Source: a virus (taxonomy: Duplodnaviria; Caudoviricetes). From it: a stretch of DNA of 39,369 nucleotides. The stretch covers positions 1-39,369 of IMG/VR virus record IMGVR_UViG_3300011339_000397, one strand, 5' to 3'. A program made the translations under genes and the position numbers. A model generated the notes under the pieces. The model was given only the letters and a program-made list of their open reading frames with translations. It searched no databases and was not told the DNA's origin. Positions 34,721 through 39,369 of the stretch are shown here, in pieces (position 1 is the stretch's first letter; each line of letters opens with the position of its first letter).

Positions 34721-35422
34721 TCAAGGCTTTTTGTTTGCCTCAAAGACTGCTTGTGCAAATCCCCGTGGGGTAGCACTACGAATGTTCTTGGTCTTCATAT
34801 TCTTGCCACCCAGCTTGCGATGCTGTGTGCTATACCCTGCAAGGTAACTCACTGGCTTAGGCACAGGCATCTTGAACCCATTACCTGTCCACAGGCAAGT
34901 CTTCTTAGGGTAGGCATCACGAGGTGCAATGTATTCAGGCCACACAGGATGCTCTGCCTCGTCCTCTGGGATGTACCCACCATACTCATAAGGGTTGAAC
35001 ATATAGTCAGGCTTACGCCACAGCGTGGACAACACAGATACTGGGTTCTCAATGAAGAATGGCACACGTAATTTACTAAAGAAGCTAGAACAAATCATGG
35101 CGTTCCATGCTGCTTTCTTCTGGAAGTCTGGGTCAATCTGACGCTTACGCTCGAAGTGTGCAGCACCAGGTACAGCTAGGTCAGTACATACTGGGAAGGC
35201 CATACCAAATGCTACAGGCTTGTAAAGGTAGCTCTGACAAAGATCACCATGAGCCTTGTAGTTATGTAGGTCAGCATTAAGGTAATGGATAGACCCACCA
35301 CTAGGGAAGCGATCAACCTTAGTACCATCATGCTGAATGTCATAGCAGTGGCACTCGTAACCAGCCTTAGCCCAAGGCTTGACTGCCTCACCAGTGTAAT
35401 CATACAAGGATATCACAATCAT
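34721..35422 (-). CDS. Putative DNA cytosine-C5 methyltransferase
   Basis: Motif I-like ISLYDYTG, motif IV FPVCT (catalytic Cys), motif VI IENPV, K.T.LW, RS.TP.GFA. Confidence 0.8.
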   Translation of the reverse strand: MIVISLYDYTGEAVKPWAKAGYECHCYDIQHDGTKVDRFPSGGSIHYLNADLHNYKAHGDLCQSYLYKPVAFGMAFPVCTDLAVPGAAHFERKRQIDPDFQKKAAWNAMICSSFFSKLRVPFFIENPVSVLSTLWRKPDYMFNPYEYGGYIPEDEAEHPVWPEYIAPRDAYPKKTCLWTGNGFKMPVPKPVSYLAGYSTQHRKLGGKNMKTKNIRSATPRGFAQAVFEANKKP

Positions 35423-35433
35423 TTCATTCTCCT

Positions 35434-35790
35434 TTACTCTTGGTAGAACACATGGTTCCCATATGCACCGATGAGTGTCATATGTTTGGCCCAGTATGGT
35501 TCAACATCCCGTGTGTGGAAGTTTGTAGCTGATGTGCATAGGATGCAGCCTTCTTCAAGTATCTCATAGGCAAGGATCACAGACTGAACGAATGCCTCTG
35601 GTTCATCTATAGCTAAGTCCTTATCGTTTGTCCAGCTAAATTCTCCATCCTCAAATACTGTTGCACAAATGTCAGCCTCTGTGCCTGCAATGTTCATCGT
35701 AACTTCTGCAACCAGTATCTGACCATCAGTAGGCTCACCTCGTGCTTCAAAATACATGTTACCTGCAAGGCACAGTGCTGCTAGTAGCAT
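35434..35790 (-). CDS. SleB-like cell wall hydrolase (Hydrolase_2)
   Basis: CLA.N.YFEARGE...GQ..VA.V..N, IC..V, FSW, AT.FH...V.P.WA, G.H.FY. Confidence 0.88.
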   Translation of the reverse strand: MLLAALCLAGNMYFEARGEPTDGQILVAEVTMNIAGTEADICATVFEDGEFSWTNDKDLAIDEPEAFVQSVILAYEILEEGCILCTSATNFHTRDVEPYWAKHMTLIGAYGNHVFYQE

Positions 35791-36041
35791 TAGGTTTCTC
35801 CTTCATAGATAGCTTCCAACTCACGCTCTAGTGCATCAATCTGTTTAGCCAGTTTATACTCTGCGGTTTCGGCACGTTTATGCTCATCCATAGCCAATTC
35901 AATTAGGTTGTTATTCTTTTTGATCAACTCCTCAATGCGTTTGGCTGCGGCATCCATCAACTCACATTTCATTGTACTTTGAAAGTCTTGCGTTACAGGC
36001 TGTTCGTCTTGAAGCCGTGCGATCAATTCTTCATCAGTCAT
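35790..36041 (-). CDS. Hypothetical coiled-coil protein
   Basis: MTDEELIARLQ...AAKRIEEL; GGAG RBS. Confidence 0.65.
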   Translation of the reverse strand: MTDEELIARLQDEQPVTQDFQSTMKCELMDAAAKRIEELIKKNNNLIELAMDEHKRAETAEYKLAKQIDALERELEAIYEGET

Positions 36042-36051
36042 TACATTCTCC

Positions 36052-36408
36052 CTAGTTAGACATTATGATTATCACAATCAGTTCCACTGCTACTGCCACG
36101 GCTGCTAAAATAAGACATGCTTCATAACTACTTAACCTATCCTTTGCATCTTGTAGTTTATCCTCTAGGTGATATATCTCTTTGCGTTGACGATCATTTA
36201 GACGGAGCTTGTCTCTTATATCCCCCTCCAATGCACTGACAACAGAGGCGTAATTTTTGGAGTGATCTCTTAACTTCCCCTCGTAATACCCCTTGCTAGT
36301 ATCTTCCTCAAGTTTTAAGCCTTTCTTCCTAGCCATTTTAAGGCAGGCGATAGCCTCATCCTCTGAATCAGTGCTTAGTGCCTTGCTTAATAGCTGATTG
36401 GCTGACAT
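36052..36408 (-). CDS. Hypothetical membrane-anchored protein (possible DUF2786-like N-terminus)
   Basis: LL.KALST.SE.EA..C...A.K, then a coiled coil and a C-terminal hydrophobic helix. Confidence 0.6.
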   Translation of the reverse strand: MSANQLLSKALSTDSEDEAIACLKMARKKGLKLEEDTSKGYYEGKLRDHSKNYASVVSALEGDIRDKLRLNDRQRKEIYHLEDKLQDAKDRLSSYEACLILAAVAVAVELIVIIIMSN

Positions 36409-36419
36409 TTATTTACCCC

Positions 36420-36617
36420 CTAGTAAAAGATTGCGTGAACAACCATTGTAAAGATAATACCAGCTATAAACCAAGTAATACCAGTGAACACCCTAACTGC
36501 ACTGTACCAGTATTCTTTCTCAATGATTAGGTATTCTTGTTCTTCTCGCTCCATACATCCTTGTAGCATTCGACGTTGGGATATTTCAAATGCCCTATCA
36601 TCCTTATCTATTCCCAT
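36420..36617 (-). CDS. Small membrane protein
   Basis: 65 aa with a C-terminal TM helix. Confidence 0.6.
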   Translation of the reverse strand: MGIDKDDRAFEISQRRMLQGCMEREEQEYLIIEKEYWYSAVRVFTGITWFIAGIIFTMVVHAIFY

Positions 36618-36751
36618 AGCCCCATATCCTCTGCCATAATCTCATAGTAGTAGTCAGTCTTTACCTCAAGGGATGCCCGAAGGTATGGGATGTGGTGGGT
36701 AAAGATTGCAAAAAGAACTATCCAGTATGTAAACGCTTGTAGATATTTCAT
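36608..36751 (-). CDS. Small membrane protein (47 aa, not in ORF track)
   Basis: MKYLQAFTYWIVLFAIFTHH...; ATGA overlap; AAGGA upstream. Confidence 0.55.
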   Translation of the reverse strand: MKYLQAFTYWIVLFAIFTHHIPYLRASLEVKTDYYYEIMAEDMGLWE

Positions 36752-37098
36752 TCTCGTGTTTCCTTTGTTATAGTGACTTCACCATTGCAAATCTGCATAC
36801 GCATTAGGGTACTGCTGCCTGACCCTGACCGCACTGCTACATCTTGGTTAGTCCAAATAGTACCAATCCTATCTCCATCATAGATATTAAACCAGTAGGA
36901 TGTTACCTTTGGTGCAGGCTTGCCACGATACACAAAGCTTTTTATCCAACTGGGGGTAAATCCACAGCTAACCCAACCACCATCTTCCCAAACGGGGTTG
37001 TGAAACTTCCAGTCATGAGGCCACGCCTTTAGTGTAGCTTGTTCCTCTGGTGTAAGCAACCCATAAGGAATACGATTTGTTGTTACGTCGAATGTCAT
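36748..37098 (-). CDS. Hypothetical protein
   Basis: Start moved to MTFDVTT (GAGGTGG RBS, ATGA overlap). Confidence 0.65.
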   Translation of the reverse strand: MTFDVTTNRIPYGLLTPEEQATLKAWPHDWKFHNPVWEDGGWVSCGFTPSWIKSFVYRGKPAPKVTSYWFNIYDGDRIGTIWTNQDVAVRSGSGSSTLMRMQICNGEVTITKETRE

Positions 37099-37478
37099 GC
37101 TGCCACCTCTCTCATTGCACGATCCCAATCACACTTGCCAGTATCCCGCAGGATTTCCACTGCCCGTGCTGCCTGCTGGGGTGTGGCTTTCCACGCTTGG
37201 TGACCCACGCCTCCTGGGTAGCACAGTCTGTATATTTCACTTTTCGACATGTCTGGGGGGCAGATGGTTTTTACGGCATCCTCCAGTTCAAGGTCGCGCG
37301 TTTTTGGGTTGCGGTGTTGAACCCACCCGCCGATACAGCAGGCAGACCCACAGGGGTGACTGGAGTTTTTGCGATTTTCATACGATTTGTCCATGTCAAA
37401 GCCCATCTTGCTGCTGGGGCTGTTGTTGTCCAAGCCGCGCAGAAAGTCGGCCAGCTCTGTCAAATTATTCAGTCTCAT
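37095..37478 (-). CDS. Hypothetical protein with CGSACCIGGW motif
   Basis: 127 aa; F.M...CG...C..GW pattern seen in phage early proteins. Confidence 0.65.
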   Translation of the reverse strand: MRLNNLTELADFLRGLDNNSPSSKMGFDMDKSYENRKNSSHPCGSACCIGGWVQHRNPKTRDLELEDAVKTICPPDMSKSEIYRLCYPGGVGHQAWKATPQQAARAVEILRDTGKCDWDRAMREVAA

Positions 37479-37939
37479 TTTCTGATTTCCTTCTCTTCGG
37501 ATACAACAGAATTACCATATACCTTAGCCTTATCAAGCACTGTAGCATAGCCCCATACCTTAGCATTCTCATATACAAAAGCATCGCCATATACCGTAGC
37601 ACTTCCAGCTACCAAAGCATTACCAAATACCTCAGCATTATCATATACCATAGCATTATCATACACCCTAGCATTACCATATACCTTAGCATTACCAAAT
37701 ACCAAAGCATAATCATCTAGCCAAACATTATCATACACCTTAGCATTACCATATACCTTAGCACAGTCATATACCGCAGCATTACCATAGACCTCAGCAT
37801 TACCATAGACCATAGCATTACGGCCCACATAAGCACTATCAGCTACAGTTGCGCTATCAGCTACCCAACCACCACCATTAGGGTGCTTATGTGCGGCGAC
37901 GCGGCCTAGTCCATCCTCAAAATCATAAGTATCCATCAT
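37475..37939 (-). CDS. Hexapeptide-repeat (left-handed beta-helix) protein
   Basis: Start MMDTYDF after AAGGAG; about 19 tandem A.VY[GD]N hexads (18-nt DNA repeat, ~37500-37860). Confidence 0.85.
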   Translation of the reverse strand: MMDTYDFEDGLGRVAAHKHPNGGGWVADSATVADSAYVGRNAMVYGNAEVYGNAAVYDCAKVYGNAKVYDNVWLDDYALVFGNAKVYGNARVYDNAMVYDNAEVFGNALVAGSATVYGDAFVYENAKVWGYATVLDKAKVYGNSVVSEEKEIRK

Positions 37940-37946
37940 GTTCTCC

Positions 37947-38114
37947 TTAATCACAGCTAGAATAACGGGATGTTTCACACACCCACACATCATCAGTCGC
38001 ATTGTAGTACACCCGATAGGTGGCATCATAACCCCACCCCCATGCACTCTTGAATGACTCACCCTTAGACTTAGCATCGAGTGCTGTCAAGTGGTTTGAT
38101 TGTTCACGGATCAT
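37947..38114 (-). CDS. Small hypothetical protein (55 aa, not in ORF track)
   Basis: MIREQSNHL...WGWGYD...WVCETSRYSSCD; AAAGGATAAG RBS. Confidence 0.65.
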   Translation of the reverse strand: MIREQSNHLTALDAKSKGESFKSAWGWGYDATYRVYYNATDDVWVCETSRYSSCD

Positions 38115-38128
38115 AGCTTATCCTTTCC

Positions 38129-38554
38129 TTAGCTATAATAGGGGCGTGTCTTTGGGTAGTGCGTGTCAGGCATAGCCTCAGTGGTGCAGCGCACAGTCAG
38201 ACGCTCATCCCCATATGTATCTTTGTTTTCTGCCTCGACAAAATCCCACAGTTCATCTTGATAAGCCTTAGCTTCCTCGTAGCTGTCAAAGAACTTTAGC
38301 TTGCCATACATGGTCAGACTGCCCGCATCATAATACCACCCACCTTCCTCAGGCCCACCATACTGCCTGTACTGCGTGTACACGCCCACTGTCCACCATG
38401 TGGCAGGCTCGTCTTGGGTATGCCTCAGCAACTGGCAGCACTCTTGTCCATAGGGTTTGCCATCGTCCCATTCCACCTCATCATGGCGGTACACACGCAC
38501 CCACCCCTCAACCTCACTGGTGTACACGGGTAGTGTCTTGCTTAGATAGTCCAT
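38129..38554 (-). CDS. Hypothetical protein with YGGPEEGGWYY motif
   Basis: 141 aa; AAAGGATAAC RBS. Confidence 0.7.
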   Translation of the reverse strand: MDYLSKTLPVYTSEVEGWVRVYRHDEVEWDDGKPYGQECCQLLRHTQDEPATWWTVGVYTQYRQYGGPEEGGWYYDAGSLTMYGKLKFFDSYEEAKAYQDELWDFVEAENKDTYGDERLTVRCTTEAMPDTHYPKTRPYYS

Positions 38555-38570
38555 TTTGTTATCCTTTATG

Positions 38571-38642
38571 TTAGGTCATCAGCGCATAGGCAAGGGCAAG
38601 GCACAGGGCATAAGCCCCAAGGGCAAGCATCCAATACTGCAT
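38571..38642 (-). CDS. Putative 23-aa hydrophobic peptide
   Basis: MQYWMLALGAYALCLALAYALMT; TGATG overlap with the upstream gene. Confidence 0.45.
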   Translation of the reverse strand: MQYWMLALGAYALCLALAYALMT

Positions 38643-38845
38643 CACGCCACACCTTTTTGTGCCAGCACTAGCTGTTGCTCTGCGTATGTGATCCTGCCCA
38701 CACCAACCACACCCACAGGCGGGTTATAGTATGCATCCCAATATACCTTAATACATTTCTTTAGCTTAGCATGGCCCTCATCATTAAGCAAAGACCACAC
38801 AGACACACCCTCGCAGATATCATCTAGGTTTTTGTAAGCAATCAT
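38642..38845 (-). CDS. Hypothetical protein, tandem paralogue B
   Basis: Shares NPP.GV.GVG.ITYAE.QL.LAQ with the adjacent gene. Confidence 0.7.
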   Translation of the reverse strand: MIAYKNLDDICEGVSVWSLLNDEGHAKLKKCIKVYWDAYYNPPVGVVGVGRITYAEQQLVLAQKGVA

Positions 38846-39042
38846 AGTGCCACCTCTTGGGCCAGCATTAGCTGCCGTTCTGCATAGGTAATTGCACCCA
38901 CCCCTATCACACCCATAGGCGGGTTGTGTAGCCTCTCAAAGTATAGATCAACCAAATCAGTAAGGGTATTTTGTTCACCCTCTGTTAGGCTATCCCATGC
39001 CATTGCTGCAAGTGTCAGGTCTTTTAGATTATGGTAGAACAT
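38842..39042 (-). CDS. Hypothetical protein, tandem paralogue A
   Basis: Same shared motif; AAAGGATAAG RBS. Confidence 0.7.
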   Translation of the reverse strand: MFYHNLKDLTLAAMAWDSLTEGEQNTLTDLVDLYFERLHNPPMGVIGVGAITYAERQLMLAQEVAL

Positions 39043-39117
39043 CTGTCTTATCCTTTGTTGATTGCCTTAACTAGTTACACTAGGGGAGGGCTAGTGCAAC
39101 CATTAAATCAACCCCTT

Positions 39118-39369
39118 TCAATGTGTTAGGAATACCACAGCTTTGGTTGCTGTCCAGCATAGGCCACAGGTGCCACAGCTTGCGGTTTTATCAGTTTGCA
39201 CAGGGCATACAAAAGCTTTGCCTCGATCAACCATATCATTAGCCCTTGCATCATCCCCTGATAGGGCTGTCATATTGTCACGCTTGAAGTTGCCAGAGAA
39301 GCGCACAGCAAAGCGCACAGGGTCAGCTTGCTGAATGTCTAGCACAGCCTGCCCAATGTCACGTTCAGT
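39118..39369 (-). CDS. C-terminus of a Cys-rich (Gp88-like) protein, 5'-truncated
   Basis: CP.Q..K..SC..C.LCW...V.F..H C-terminal motif; frame is open to the window edge. Confidence 0.55.
   Translation of the reverse strand, partial: TERDIGQAVLDIQQADPVRFAVRFSGNFKRDNMTALSGDDARANDMVDRGKAFVCPVQTDKTASCGTCGLCWTATKAVVFLTH

Noticed and set aside
37097-37720. 207-aa + strand ORF, and similar opposite-strand ORFs such as 7828-8472 and 28997-29536
   Set aside because: Antisense shadows of well-supported genes or of the 18-nt repeat; no recognisable motifs.
37500-37860. Possible CRISPR-like array
   Set aside because: Contiguous in-frame 18-nt coding repeats with no spacers.
37940-38077. N-terminal extension of the hexapeptide protein given in the ORF track
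   Set aside because: A strong RBS precedes ATG 37939, and a separate 55-aa gene (37947-38114) occupies this interval.

Overview
Internal ~39 kb segment of a T7-like podovirus genome resembling Cobavirus/SIO1 (Zobellviridae). The host is probably a marine alphaproteobacterium (inferred from gene content). Two arms converge on a bidirectional terminator at ~13.13 kb. The + arm carries virion genes: tail adaptor, nozzle, repeat-rich fibre and ejection proteins including a lytic transglycosylase. The - arm carries early genes (C5 methyltransferase, SleB-like hydrolase, rIIA/rIIB, tyrosine recombinase) and replication/nucleotide genes (ThyX, primase-helicase, PolA, SSB, exonuclease, resolvase, metallophosphoesterase, MazG-like, class II RNR, glutaredoxin, PhoH, DUF3310). 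Main observations: (1) a 78-nt tRNA-Arg(UCU)-like gene with no D-arm at the normal position, whose D-loop consensus (AAUGGA) sits 3' of the anticodon arm; (2) a complete group I intron with an HNH gene splitting nrdJ; (3) free-standing endonuclease cassettes that appear to have inserted inside the ends of essential genes while supplying recoded replacement termini (helicase C-terminus, exonuclease N-terminus, possibly PhoH C-terminus); (4) a phage DUF1127 protein; (5) a candidate structured RNA downstream of nrdJ and a repeat-bearing control region upstream of the recombinase. All calls were made by eye from motifs; no searches were run.
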